Positions 33,361 through 44,127 are shown, counted from the first letter of the stretch. The stretch: 64,000 nt of DNA from an uncultured Actinomycetota bacterium (GCA_963740955.1 CAVUGC010000003.1:5455-69454), one strand, 5' to 3'. A program made the numbers and translations. The notes: generated from the sequence alone by a model not told the origin.

Positions 33361-34215
33361 ATGGACGCATCGAATCTCGCCCCCGCGCCGGGCGCGCTGC
33401 ACCTGGCGCACTCGCCGTGCCCGAACGACACCTTCATCTACCATGCGTGGACCTCGGGCCTCATCGACGGCGCCCCGGCCACGCGGCTGACGTTCGCCGA
33501 CATCGACGTCACCAACACCGCTTGCGCGCGAGGCGAGTTCGACGTCGCCAAGGTCTCGTACGCGGCCCTGCCCCACCTCGGCGACGAGTGGCGCCTGCTG
33601 CCCGCGGGCGGCGCGCTCGGGCGCGGCTGCGGGCCGCTCGTGCTCACCGGCGGCGGGATCGACGCGAGCGACCTGGCCGGGAGGCGCGTGGCCGTGCCCT
33701 CCGATCGCAGCACCGCCTTCATGCTGTTCAACCTGTGGCTGCGCGACCTCGGCTCGCCCGAGGTGGCGTGGGAGGTCGTGCCGTTCGACCAGATCATGCC
33801 CGCGGTGCAGGCCGGCCGTTTCGACGCCGGCCTCGTCATCCACGAGGCCCGTTTCACGTACGGCGAGTACGGCCTTCAGTCCCTGGTCGACCTCGGCGAA
33901 TGGTGGGAGGGGAGCACCGGCTGCCCGATCCCGCTCGGCGCGATCGTGGCGAAGTCGCATCTCGACACCGACGCGATCACCGCGGCGATCCGGGCCTCGC
34001 TCGACCACGCGTGGGCGCACCCGGAGGCCAGCCGCGACTATGTGGCCGGGCACGCCCAGGAGATGTCGGACGAGGTGTGCCGCAAGCACATCGACCTGTA
34101 CGTCAACGAGTTCTCGCGCGATCTGGGGGCCGAGGGCCGCATGGCGGTCGAGCGGCTCCTCGGCGGCGCGGCCGAGCTGGGGCTCGTCCCGAAGCTCACG
34201 ATGCCGATCCCGTAG
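33361..34215 (+). CDS. mqnD: 1,4-dihydroxy-6-naphthoate synthase
   Basis: SPCPNDTF, GGALGRGCGP, IHEARFTY, DLGEWW, PIPLG, HIDLYVN. Confidence 0.94.
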   Translation: MDASNLAPAPGALHLAHSPCPNDTFIYHAWTSGLIDGAPATRLTFADIDVTNTACARGEFDVAKVSYAALPHLGDEWRLLPAGGALGRGCGPLVLTGGGIDASDLAGRRVAVPSDRSTAFMLFNLWLRDLGSPEVAWEVVPFDQIMPAVQAGRFDAGLVIHEARFTYGEYGLQSLVDLGEWWEGSTGCPIPLGAIVAKSHLDTDAITAAIRASLDHAWAHPEASRDYVAGHAQEMSDEVCRKHIDLYVNEFSRDLGAEGRMAVERLLGGAAELGLVPKLTMPIP

Positions 34216-34375
34216 GCGCGCAGCCGGGGCCCGGGGCTCGGGCGTTCCAGTGAGGAGTCCGGCAGCGGTGCGTGTTCGCGTGGTCACCAGGGCGATCCGA
34301 GTCGTTCGGCCCGGGCCACGCTAGGCTTGACGGGCTCATCAGTTTCCCTGCAGACGAGAAGTTCGAGGTTCAGCG

Positions 34376-34774
34376 GTGCCCAGTGGTCGAGTGAAATGGT
34401 TCGACGCCGAGAAGGGATTCGGATTCGTCTCCCGCGATGACGGCGGCAAGGACGTCTTCGTGCACCGCGACGCGCTCCCCGAGGGCGTCGAGGAACTCGC
34501 CAAGGGCACGAAGGTCGAGTACAGCATCCTCGACACGCGCCGCGGGGTCCAGGCGATGGGCCTGCACGTGGTGGCCGTGCCGCAGGCCGGCGCCGCTCCC
34601 GTCGCGGACTCGACCAAGCGCTCGCCCGAGGACCTGAACAGCCTGCTGCAGGACATGATCGGCGTCCTCGAGCAGCAGGTCATGCCACCGCTCGCGCGCG
34701 GCCGTCGCCCCGACCGCAAGACCGGCGCGAAGATCGCCGAGATGCTCCGGGCCGTCGCCAACGACCTCGAATAG
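34376..34774 (+). CDS. Cold-shock domain protein with C-terminal extension
   Basis: GRVKWFDAEKGFGF, DVFVH; C-terminal IAEMLRAVANDLE. Confidence 0.92.
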   Translation: MPSGRVKWFDAEKGFGFVSRDDGGKDVFVHRDALPEGVEELAKGTKVEYSILDTRRGVQAMGLHVVAVPQAGAAPVADSTKRSPEDLNSLLQDMIGVLEQQVMPPLARGRRPDRKTGAKIAEMLRAVANDLE

Positions 34775-34844
34775 CCGCACCGACTTCCGGCGAGGGACGG
34801 CGCGGAGCGCCCGCAATACCGAGGGTTCCTCTTGAACCATTCGG

Positions 34845-34918
34845 TGTCACACCCTGGTGTCAGGGTTGTTGACCGGGGGCCCATCGGTTGGGACATATCC
34901 GGAATGCCCTGAGAAAAC
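34845..34918 (+). repeat. Repeat family copy 10 (inverted partner of copy 11)
   Basis: TGTCAC-ACCCTGGTGT-CAGGGT-TGTTGA-CCGGGGGCCC-ATCGGTTGGGACATATCCGGAATGCCCTGAGAAAAC. Confidence 0.9.
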
Positions 34919-34952
34919 GGTCGGTCGAGCCGGGCGGGATAGGCTCTGTGAG

Positions 34953-35879
34953 GTGACCTCCCAGGCTCAGGCGACTCCCCACGCGACCGACGCCGCCGAC
35001 CGCGCCGGCACTTTCGCAGCGCGCGACGGCGCCTTTGCCAACCGTGCCCCCGCCGACCGTGTGGACGCCCTGCTCGACCGGCTCTCCTCGCTGCCGTCGC
35101 TCATGGTGGCCTTCTCCGGCGGCGCCGACTCGGCGTTCCTGCTCGCCGCCGCCGTCCGCGCGCTCGGCGTCGAGCGCGTCGAGGCCGCCACCGCCGTCTC
35201 GCCCTCGCTGCCGCGCATCGAACTCGACCGCGCCCGCGAGTTCGCCACCGAACTCGGCGTGGCCTTCCACGCGCCCGCCACCGACGAGCTCTCCCGCGAG
35301 GGCTACCGCGCCAACGCCGGGGACCGCTGCTTCTTCTGCAAGACCGAACTCATGAGCGTCGTCGGCCCGCTCGCGGCCGACCGCGGCATCGCCGCGGTCG
35401 CCACCGGCACCAACGCCGACGACCTCCGCGCCGGGTTCCGGCCCGGCATCCGCGCGGCCGCGAACGCGGGCGCTCTCACTCCGCTGGCCGACGCCGGGCT
35501 CACCAAGGACGAGATCCGCGCCGCCTCCAGGGCCTGGGGTCTCCCCACTTGGGACAAACCGGCCGCCGCCTGCCTCGCGAGCCGCATCGCCTACGGCGTC
35601 GAGGTCACCGCCGCCGGGCTCGAGCGCGTGGCCGAGGCCGAGCAGGCGCTGCGCCGCGCGTTCGCCGACGCCGCGATTCCGGTGCGGAACCTGCGGGTGC
35701 GCGACATGGGCGACGACACCGCGAAGGTCGAGATCGACGCCGAACTCGTGGCGGCCGTGGCCGACCGGCCGGGCGTGCTCGGGGCGGTCGAGGGCTTCGC
35801 CGCGGTGCGGCTCGATGAGCAGGGATTCCGGTCTGGGGCGATGAACGAGCTGCTGCCGAACCCGGAGCGCTTCCGCTGA
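34953..35879 (+). CDS. larE: LarE-family ATP-dependent sulfur transferase (PP-loop)
   Basis: AFSGGADS PP-loop, RCFFCK, GTNADD, RPG, WDKPAAACLASRIAYG, LRVRD, GFRSGAMN. Confidence 0.88.
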   Translation: MTSQAQATPHATDAADRAGTFAARDGAFANRAPADRVDALLDRLSSLPSLMVAFSGGADSAFLLAAAVRALGVERVEAATAVSPSLPRIELDRAREFATELGVAFHAPATDELSREGYRANAGDRCFFCKTELMSVVGPLAADRGIAAVATGTNADDLRAGFRPGIRAAANAGALTPLADAGLTKDEIRAASRAWGLPTWDKPAAACLASRIAYGVEVTAAGLERVAEAEQALRRAFADAAIPVRNLRVRDMGDDTAKVEIDAELVAAVADRPGVLGAVEGFAAVRLDEQGFRSGAMNELLPNPERFR

Positions 35880-35901
35880 CCGAAGCCCTTTTGGAGGGCA
35901 T

Positions 35902-35975
35902 GGTTTATCGGGATATTCCGGATATGTTCCGGACGATGGCCCCCCGGTCAACAACCCTGACATCAGGGTGTGACA
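35902..35975 (-). repeat. Repeat family copy 11
   Basis: Reverse complement TGTCAC-ACCCTGATGT-CAGGGT-TGTTGA-CCGGGGGGCC-ATCGTCCGGAACATATCCGGAATATCCCGATAAACC; about 63/74 identical to copy 10 by manual count. Confidence 0.9.
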
Positions 35976-36374
35976 CCAGGTGATGCGAGAGCAACCTTCG
36001 GTTTTTGAGGGGGCGGCGAGGATGCGCCAATTCAGAGGGAGAGAGTGCCCGGTGAGACGGGCCAGCGGCGATCGTCAGTGGAGGATGAGTCCGAAGATCC
36101 GCCTCACCGGGTCCATAACCCCTCGGGAACCCCTCATTCCCCGAGGCCCCCACCGTGGGACATGAGCCTGAGCCGGCCCTGAACCATCCCTGGCAATTTC
36201 CTGATATAGGGGTGTTCAGCCCATAACGGGCAGTGTGCCCACCACGGACTCCCGACGCCTTTATCATCCCTAATCGACACTCATATGATCCGATCTGGAC
36301 TTCTCTCCCGCCTCACTGCCACCTCGTTTCCCGTGCAGGCTCCGACGGCCCGATCGAGCGTGTAGAACAGTGCT

Positions 36375-36821
36375 GTGGAGGTTTCGTGCTGCTCCAGCGT
36401 CTACCAGCCCGGCTGCTCGGTCGGCTGCGGCGCGCCCCTGGCCGCCGCCTGCAATCCCGGCGGTCCCTGCAATGCCTGCTCGGCTCCCTGCGGTGGCGCC
36501 ACCGATCCGGGCCCGTTCCATTCGCTCGGCTTGGTGCTCTTCGGGCCCGGCAGGCTCACCTCGGAGCGGTTGGCAGACGCGCGGGACCGGCATCGGCCCA
36601 GGCCGCGGCGCCTCGGGCTGCGTCTCATAGCGCTCTATCGGCGTCGGCTCTCGCCTCGCGTCCAAGTGGAGTGCCGGTTCGTGCCGAGCTGTTCGGGCTT
36701 CGGGTATCGGGCCGTGTCGCGGTACGGCCTGTGGGTCGGCGGGCGGCTCGCGCTCGGGCGGGTGCTGCGCTGCCGACCGGGCGTGACACCCGGCACCCAT
36801 GATCGCGTGCCCGGCCGCTGA
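36375..36821 (+). CDS. YidD-like (membrane protein insertion efficiency factor domain) protein with Cys-rich N-terminus
   Basis: LIALYRRRLSP..CRFVPSCS..A..RYG..G..L...RVLRC; start codon uncertain. Confidence 0.7.
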   Translation: MEVSCCSSVYQPGCSVGCGAPLAAACNPGGPCNACSAPCGGATDPGPFHSLGLVLFGPGRLTSERLADARDRHRPRPRRLGLRLIALYRRRLSPRVQVECRFVPSCSGFGYRAVSRYGLWVGGRLALGRVLRCRPGVTPGTHDRVPGR

Positions 36822-36843
36822 GGCGACCGATAAAATCCAGCAC

Positions 36844-37086
36844 ATGAGTGACTCGAACATCGCCAGCAGGCAGTCCGACATCGCGTCCGGCGATGACCGC
36901 AGTGCGGCCAAGACGCGCAGCCGCATCGTCAAGCCCGGGCACCTGGAGGTCGGTGAGTTCACCTCCGGGCACATCGGCGCCTCGTCGCCGTTCGGCACCT
37001 CCTCCTTCCCGCTGCCGGCCGCCACGATCTACTACGAGGCCTCGGAGCCGGTGGCGACGCGCATCCTCGACGACGAGCGCGACTAA
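36844..37086 (+). CDS. Small hypothetical protein
   Basis: GC3-biased codons; KPGHLEVGEF..GASSPFG..FPLP. Confidence 0.6.
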   Translation: MSDSNIASRQSDIASGDDRSAAKTRSRIVKPGHLEVGEFTSGHIGASSPFGTSSFPLPAATIYYEASEPVATRILDDERD

Positions 37087-37289
37087 GCGGCGTTCGCTCG
37101 GCACGCAACCTCCAACGTGAGTTGAGACGGTAGCGATTTCCTAACGAAACCGGCCTTGACAGGCCGGGAATACTAGGGATTAGTTTCGGATCCCTGAAAC
37201 CGGGGCGGGCGCGGCACCCGTCCCGGTTTAGCGTCTTCTGAGGATTGCTGAGGGGGACAGGCGTCGCGGGTGCCGGTTACGATCGGTCC

Positions 37290-38318
37290 ATGACGTACCC
37301 CCCGCAAGACCCCGCCGGTGCGGCCGGCGACCAGTACGGGCAGTCCCACCCGGGCGCGCAGCCGCCCGCGGGAGGCTACGCCCCCGGGCAGGTCGGCGGC
37401 GAGGCGTACCCGACCTCGCAGCTCCCCGCCGGATACAGCCAGCAGCCCCCGCCCGGTTACGGCCCCGCCCAGCCCGACCCGAACCAGGGCTACCCCGGCC
37501 AGGCCCCTTACGCGCAGCCCGGCTACGACCCGGCCACCGGCTACCAGGTCCCTTACGGCCAGTACGGTCCCCCGCCGGTCCAGGCCACCACCAAGGGCGG
37601 CGGCGGCACCGCGATCCTCGTGATCGGCGTGGTCCTGCTCATGGCCATCGGCGCGGTCGGCGGGTACTTCCTGCTCGGCGGCAAGGAGGAAGGCGACCTC
37701 TCCGCCGGCGACGACACCACCTCCGAGAACACCGCGCCCGACGACGAAGAGGGCGGCGGCGAGGAGCCCACCGAGGAGGAGGCGCCCGCCCCGTCCGGCA
37801 CCCACCTCACCGTCAGCTCCCTCAAGTCGGCCACCCCCATCCCCGGCCCCGAATGGGTGTACTCCGGCGGCCCCGGCGGTTCCGCCGAACCCATGAGCGA
37901 CGCCGAGATCTACACCATCCAGCACACCGAAAGCTGGATCTCCTTCTTCGGCGTCGGCCTCTTCTCCAGCGCCACCGCCGTCTACGACCCGACCGACCTC
38001 AACGCCAGCGCCGCCAGTGCCGCGGGCGTGTGGCTCGACGGCGCGTTCGACTCGACCGAGGGTTACGTGCAGGGCGAGATCACGTACACCGAGGTCGAGG
38101 TGGACGGTCGTCCGGGCGTGCTCGCGGAGTGGCGCAACTCGTGGACCTCGGCCGCGGAGACCACGGACCTGTTCGAGGACACGGCGATCCTGGTGGTCGA
38201 CGTCGACGGGGTGAACGGCTTCCTGGGGGTCGCGAGCGTCTCCCAGTCGGGTGAGGCCTCGTACGCTCCGGCGATCGAATCGCTCCTTGCGACGGATTTC
38301 GACGCCGAGTCTGCTTGA
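37290..38318 (+). CDS. Single-pass membrane protein with Pro/Gln/Gly/Tyr-rich N-terminus and acidic extracellular domain
   Basis: Low-complexity N-terminus; TM ILVIGVVLLMAIGAVGGYFLL; strong codon bias. Confidence 0.8.
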   Translation: MTYPPQDPAGAAGDQYGQSHPGAQPPAGGYAPGQVGGEAYPTSQLPAGYSQQPPPGYGPAQPDPNQGYPGQAPYAQPGYDPATGYQVPYGQYGPPPVQATTKGGGGTAILVIGVVLLMAIGAVGGYFLLGGKEEGDLSAGDDTTSENTAPDDEEGGGEEPTEEEAPAPSGTHLTVSSLKSATPIPGPEWVYSGGPGGSAEPMSDAEIYTIQHTESWISFFGVGLFSSATAVYDPTDLNASAASAAGVWLDGAFDSTEGYVQGEITYTEVEVDGRPGVLAEWRNSWTSAAETTDLFEDTAILVVDVDGVNGFLGVASVSQSGEASYAPAIESLLATDFDAESA

Positions 38319-38364
38319 GCCGCAAGCGAATTGGAGGGCAGTGCTTGTGGGCGCGGCCCTTTCG

Positions 38365-41182
38365 CTATGCGTGGGCGGCGAGTTTGCCCCTGATGCGGGC
38401 GAGTTCGTGGTGGGCGCCGTATTCGATGCAGGCGCGTTCGACCCTGCGCCATTCGGCGAGGGCGGCCGGGAGGTCGCCCTGGGTCTCCAGGACGTCGCCG
38501 ACGAGTTCGCCGACGAGCGCGGCGCTCATGGGGAGGCCGTAGTCGGCGAGCAGGGTCTTGCCGAGGGCGTAGCCGCTGAAGGCGTCTTCGAAGCGGCCTT
38601 CCTTGTGCGCGACGAGGGCGAGGCCGAGTTGCGCGTTCGCGATGGCGGGGGGCACGTTGAGGGCCTCGGCGGCGGCCAGCAGCTTGCCGAAGACGGCGTG
38701 GCCTTCGTCGAGTTCGCCGAGGAGCACGCTGTGCCAGCCGATGACCCATTCGGAGCGGTACATCCAGATCGGGTCGCGGCTCTGCTCGAAGTGGGACAGG
38801 GCGCGGCGGGCGAACGCGACGGTGCCGGCGTCGTCGTCCTGGCGGGCGCGCAGGATGGCGTGGGCGTAGCAGACGAGGCCTTTCGCCCAGGGCTGCTTGA
38901 GGTCGTCGGCGAGGGTCATGGCCCGTTCGATGTGGCGGTCGGCGGCCTGCCGGTCGCCGACCAGCATCGCTCCGGCCGAGAGGTAGCCGAGCGAGACGAC
39001 CTGTCCGAAGCCGTCGCCTGAGCGCTGGGCGGCCGCGAATGCGGTGGTCTGGGTTTCGAGGAGGTCCTTGCCGATGCTGCGGTCGACCATGTATCCGGCC
39101 ATGCACCAGGCGAGGCGCCACACGTTCGGGTCGCCGCCGGGCATGGCGTCGCGGCGCAGGAGTCCGAGCAGCACTTCGTATTCGTTGGCGAACCAGGCTG
39201 CGGCCGTTCGGGAGTCGGTGATCGCTTCGGGGAGCACGCCGGGGCCGGGCTCGCCGAAGTCGACGACGTCGCCGCGGAGGCCGATGAGGATGTCGGCGGC
39301 GTGCGTGGAGTGGATGAAGTATTCGGTGAGGCGGGTTTCGGCGGCCAGGCGGTCGGGTGGCGCGACCTCTTCGGCCGCGCGTTCGGCGGCGTAGGAGCGC
39401 AGCAGGTCGTGCATCGTGTACCGGCCTTCGCTGGGCTGGTCGACGAGGTGCACGTCGGCCAGTTCGCGCAGGGCCGCTTCGGCGTCGGCGATCGGCAGGC
39501 CCATGAGGCTCGCCATCGCCGGGACGGTGAGTTCGGGGCCGGGGTGGAGGCCGAAGAGGCGGAACGCTCGCGCGGCTCTGCTCCCGAGTTCCTGGTAGGA
39601 GCAGGCGAAGATCGAGCGCGGGTCGGAGGCGATGTCGGGAGAGGTGAGGACTTTGAAGACGCTGGTGGCGCGCTCGAGGCGGTCGGCCAGGGCCGCGAGG
39701 GAGAAGCCGGGGTGGGCGGCGGCCCAGGCGCCGATGAGGTTGAGCGCGAGGGGGAGCCTGGCGCAGGCGGTGACGATCCGGCGCATGGGTGTCTCTTCGG
39801 CCATGGCGCGGGGTACGCCGATGCGCCGTACCAGGAGTGCCCAGGCGTCGGCCTCGGAGAGCAGTTCCAGAGCGACCACGTCGGCGCCGTCGGTCACGTC
39901 GAGGCCGGAGAGGCGGTCGCGGCTGGTGACGAGGGTGAAGCTGCCGGGGGCGACGGGCAGGAGGGGGCGCACTTGGGCGGCGTCGCGGGCGTTGTCGAGG
40001 ACGACGAGGACGCTGCGTTGGGCGAGGACGGTGCGGTAGAGGCCGATCCGTTCGTCGACGCCGGCCGGGAGGCGGTGGGGTTCGACGCCGAGGGCGACGA
40101 GGGCTTCGGCGAGGACGGCGCCCGGGTCGGCGGCGGGCGCGAGCGGGTCGAAGCCGCGGAGGTTGAAGTAGAGCTGGCCGTCGGGGAAGCGGTGGGCGAC
40201 GCGGTGTGCCCAGCGAACCGCGAGCGCGGTCTTGCCGACGCCGCCCATGCCGGTGATGGCGGCGAGTCCGGCTTCGCCCTCTGCGGCGTCGAGGAATCCG
40301 TCGAGGTGGCGGATCTCGGGTTCGCGGCCGGTGAAGCGGGTGTTGGCGTGGGGGAGCATCGCGGGGACGCGGCGCGGGAACGGGGTCTCGGTGGCGGGGG
40401 GCGGCGGGTTCGCCCCGCCTGGGGAGGGGGGGTCGCGGAGGATCGCGGTGTGGAGGTCGCGCAGGGACTGGTCGGGGTCGGCGCCGTAGTTTTTCGGCGA
40501 GGCGTTCTTTCAGGGCCGCGAAGGCTTCGAGGGCTTCGGCGGTGCGGCCGGAGGCGTGGAGGGCGCGCATGAGGAGGGCGGTGAATCGCTGGCGGGTGCC
40601 GTGGACGGCGACGATCTGGCGCAGTTCGTCGACGACTTCGGCGGCGCGGGCGAGTTCGAGGTCGAGGTCGATGCGGCGTTCGAGGAGGGCGAGGCGGTGT
40701 TCGTCGTAGCGGCGGCGGATGGCGTCGACGGTGGCGCCGGAGAGGTTGGCGAGGGCGGGGCCGCGCCATTCGCCGAGGGCTTCGCGGAGGGCGGCGACGG
40801 CTTCGTCGAGGCGGCCTTCGGTGCGGAGGGCGCGGGCGCGGTCTTCTTTCGCTTTGCAGCGGGCGGTGTCGAGTTCGGTGGCGTCGATGTGGATGCGGTA
40901 GGCGCGTCCGACGGTCTCGACGCGGTCGCGGGCGGCGCCGAGTTTGCGGCGCAGGACGCCGATGGTGTTCTGGACCTGGGTCTCGGGGTCTTGGGGGATG
41001 TCCGTGCCGTAGACGGCGCGGACGATGCTCTCGAGCGTGACGACGTTGTTCGCCTCGTCGAGGAGGATCGCGAACACGGTCGCCGTGTTCCCTCGGGGGA
41101 TGGCGACCGGGACGCCGTCGACGCTGACTTCGAGGGGTCCGAGCAGTCGCACGTCGAGGATGGGCATGGGTTCCGCCTTCAC
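38365..41182 (-). CDS. AfsR/SARP-family regulator (wHTH-BTAD-NB-ARC-TPR); frameshift near 40490
   Basis: VRLLGPLEV, EALGEWRGPAL, LMRALHASGR (BTAD); FTGRE, GMGGVGKT, VVLDNA, LVTSR, LPLAL, YTMHDLLR (NB-ARC). Confidence 0.9.
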
Positions 41183-41362
41183 TCACACCGGGGCAGGGGA
41201 TGTCCAGTGTCCCACAACGCTATAAGTGGCGCATTCCTCGAAGCGGCGATGGCGGGGGCATGACCGATCGGTGACCGATCCGTGAGCGGCGCGGTGAGGA
41301 TCGCGTTCGTCAGCGCATGTTCGTCCGTGCATGTGTCCGTCTGCGCATGAGGAGGAAGGCCG

Positions 41363-42043
41363 ATGAGCCGGATCGAGATCCCCGAGGACTACGAGGACCG
41401 TTTGGCCGCGGGGCGCCATGCCGCCGCACGTCTCCCCGCGGGGCCGGTGCGGGACGCGGTCGACCGCGCGCTGGAGGCGGCGCCGAGCCGCGAGCGGTAC
41501 GAGCAGGCGGCGACGCTGGCCGAGCGTGCGAAGGCGTTGACCGAGGAGTTGATGGGGCAGGGCTTCGACGGGACCGACGCGGGCCGGGTGGCGTGGCTGC
41601 GCCTGGACTATTTGGGGCGCTTGCAGTCGCTGGCGTTGAGCCCGACGATCGACCGGTTGAGCAATCCGGCGGTGGCGGATGCGATCCGGGCGGCGTGGAC
41701 GGCGGCCGAGGCGGCGCGGTCGGAGCATGTGCTGCATCTGGAGCGGACCCATGGCGACCTGTTCGCGGGGCGGGTGCCCGACCGCGCCGGTGACGACCTG
41801 CGGGACCGTATCGCCCGCTGCGCGCATGAGCGTTTCGAGCACACCACGGACGACGACCTGTGTTCGGCGGAGGTGAACGTGGAGGGCCGTTTGACGGCGT
41901 TCAAGTTCCTGGTCCCGAACGCGACTCTCGACACCGAGTGCGAGGAGCTGTCCGCTCAGGCGACGGCGACGATCCAGGCCGCCCAGGGGAAAGCGTTGGA
42001 GCGCTTGGCGGGCCTGCTGGAATCGCACGGCGGCGAGCGGTGA
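41363..42043 (+). CDS. Hypothetical protein with a C-terminal YbaB/EbfC(EspL)-like segment
   Basis: GAGGAGG RBS; C-terminus FEHTTDDDLCSAEVNVEGRLTAFKF..EELSAQATATIQAAQ resembles the YbaB fold pattern. Confidence 0.6.
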   Translation: MSRIEIPEDYEDRLAAGRHAAARLPAGPVRDAVDRALEAAPSRERYEQAATLAERAKALTEELMGQGFDGTDAGRVAWLRLDYLGRLQSLALSPTIDRLSNPAVADAIRAAWTAAEAARSEHVLHLERTHGDLFAGRVPDRAGDDLRDRIARCAHERFEHTTDDDLCSAEVNVEGRLTAFKFLVPNATLDTECEELSAQATATIQAAQGKALERLAGLLESHGGER

Positions 42044-43747
42044 AGGGCCGCGTCGAGGAAGTGCTCCGGCGTGGGCCGGGGCGGCGCTGGAACGTCGCGC
42101 TGCTGAACCTCTCCGGGCTGAGCCTCGGTTTCTTCTACCTGCGGCGCTTCAAGGCCGGGCTCGTGCACTCGGCCGTCACCGCGGTGCTCCTGTGGATCGC
42201 CGGAGCGGGCGCTGTCGCATCCGCTCCCGGCGTCTGGCTGGTCGTCTTCGTGCTGTGGCTGGGGTGGATGGCCTTCCACGCCTGGAGGATCGAGCGACGG
42301 CTCGCCGCCGTCCCGCGGGCCGGGCGCGGCGTGGACGGGCGAGGGCTGGACGATCGGGGCGACGACGGCCCGCTCACCGGCGCGGACGGGAAGGCATCGC
42401 CTGTCGAGGGCACCGAACGCCTCGACGGGGACGCCGACACCGCTGAAGCCCGCGAGCCCGCTCCAATCCGTCCCTCATGGACGGTAACTGCGGTCGGCGC
42501 GGCGCTGCTCATCGCACTGGTCGTCAGTGTGCTCGCCATGCGCAGCGCGGCCGACGGCGAGTTCGACGCGGCGCTGGCCGCACACGAGGTCGGGGACTGC
42601 GTTGCGGCTGAAGGCCACTACGACCGCATCGACGCCCGCTACCAGCTGTCGTTCAGCGGCGTGCTGCCGCTGGCGGCGCAGGACCGGCGGCAGTGCGGGC
42701 AGCTGGTCGAGGCGCGCGAGACGGCCGAGGCCGGCGACTACGAAACGACCGTGGCGGCCTACGACGCCTACCTGGCGCACGACGACCCGCCCGCGGCGGC
42801 GGTGGCCCGGCTCGAGCTGTCGGAGATCCACTTCGCGCAGGCGGCGTCGCTGTCCGAGGAGGTCCCGGACGAACTTCAGCCCCTACACCGAGGCGATCGG
42901 CATCTACGCGCTGCTGGCGGCCGAGTTCGGCGACACCGAGGCGGGACAGGGCGCCCCGGATGCGGTGCAGGCCATGTACGAGCGGGCCACGGCGGCGGCG
43001 AGCGCTGAGCCCTGCACCGCGATCGACGCCTTCGACTACTTCGTCCGCGGCGACTGGGACGCCCTGGCGGTGTACGAGGACGCCGCCGCCGAGCTCACGG
43101 CGGCGGCCGTGCAGGACGCCGCGGCGCGACTGCCGGGCCTCCTGTTCGCCTGCGGCAGCGAAGCCTACGGAAGCGACCTGCGCGACGAGGCCGAAGCCCT
43201 GCTGCTCCAGCTCGTCGCGGACTTCCCGGACGACCCGAATGCCGCTGCGGCGCAAGCAATGATCGACGCGATCGTCGCCGAGCGCGAACGTGAGGCCGAG
43301 GAGGAGCGGCAGCGCGAGGCGGAAGAGGCCGCAGAGGAGGAGGCCGAACGCCAGCGCGAGGCGGAGGAGGCGGCCGAACAGGCGCGCATCGATGAGATCC
43401 GCAGTGAGATCGACGAGGCGAGCAGCGGCGGCGACAACCTCGCCGACCCCGATTCAGCCGGTTCCACCGGCGGCTCGATGGAACTCAAGCTCGGCAACTC
43501 CTCCGGCTACACGCTCGAGATCCTCTACGACGGGCCCGAGACCGGGAGCTTCACCATCGGCGGGTGCAGCGATTGCTCAGGCCAGTGCGGCGACGGTTGG
43601 GCGGTCTGGGAGACCGTGTCGCTCCCGGCGGGCGAGTACGAGATGGTCGTCAAGGCCACCGACGACTACGTGACGCCGTACTACGGTGTGTGGGACCTCG
43701 ATTCGGGCACCGCCTATGAGGAGTGCTACTACATCGAGTCCTATTGA
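42040..43747 (+). CDS. Membrane-anchored TPR/BamD-like protein, paralogue of 46620-48167 (frameshift near 42875)
   Basis: GTG overlaps the upstream TGA; LNLSGLSLGFFYLRR + TMs; AHEVGDC..C; LVADFPDDP; Glu-rich coiled coil; Cys-containing C-terminal domain. Confidence 0.65.
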
Positions 43748-43821
43748 GCCTCAATGCGGTGGGCGGGCCGGGTGCCGAAGCACCGGGCCCGCTCGCCGAG
43801 CCGGCGCCTGCGGGTTCGGCG

Positions 43822-44127
43822 TCAGGGGGTCCGGACGGGGAAGAGGATCGTGGTGGCGACGGTCCGGTCGCGTTCGTCGGCCATGGCGAGGCGGCGGGGG
43901 TCGGCCATGTAGGCGTCGATCGCGGCCTGGTTCGGGAAGCGGTAGACGTGGATCTCGTGCGGGTTGCCTTCGGCGCCGTCGCCGATCACGCGTGACAGCA
44001 GTTCGCCCCCGTGTTCGGGGACGAGCGCGGTCACCTTGTCCTCGTATGCGGTCATGGCCTGCTCGGCGCCGGGCAGGGCCCGCAGGAGGCAGCAGAGTTC
44101 GATCGGGGCGTCGTTCATGGCGTCCAT
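43822..44127 (-). CDS. DUF1330-like small protein
   Basis: AYEDKV..EHGGELL..EIHVYRFP...YMADPRR. Confidence 0.7.
   Translation of the reverse strand: MDAMNDAPIELCCLLRALPGAEQAMTAYEDKVTALVPEHGGELLSRVIGDGAEGNPHEIHVYRFPNQAAIDAYMADPRRLAMADERDRTVATTILFPVRTP

Noticed and set aside
27180-35975. Inverted pairs as IS/transposon ends or integron attC sites
   Set aside because: They enclose housekeeping genes; no transposase or integrase; no target-site duplication noticed; GTTRRRY occurs in only one copy.
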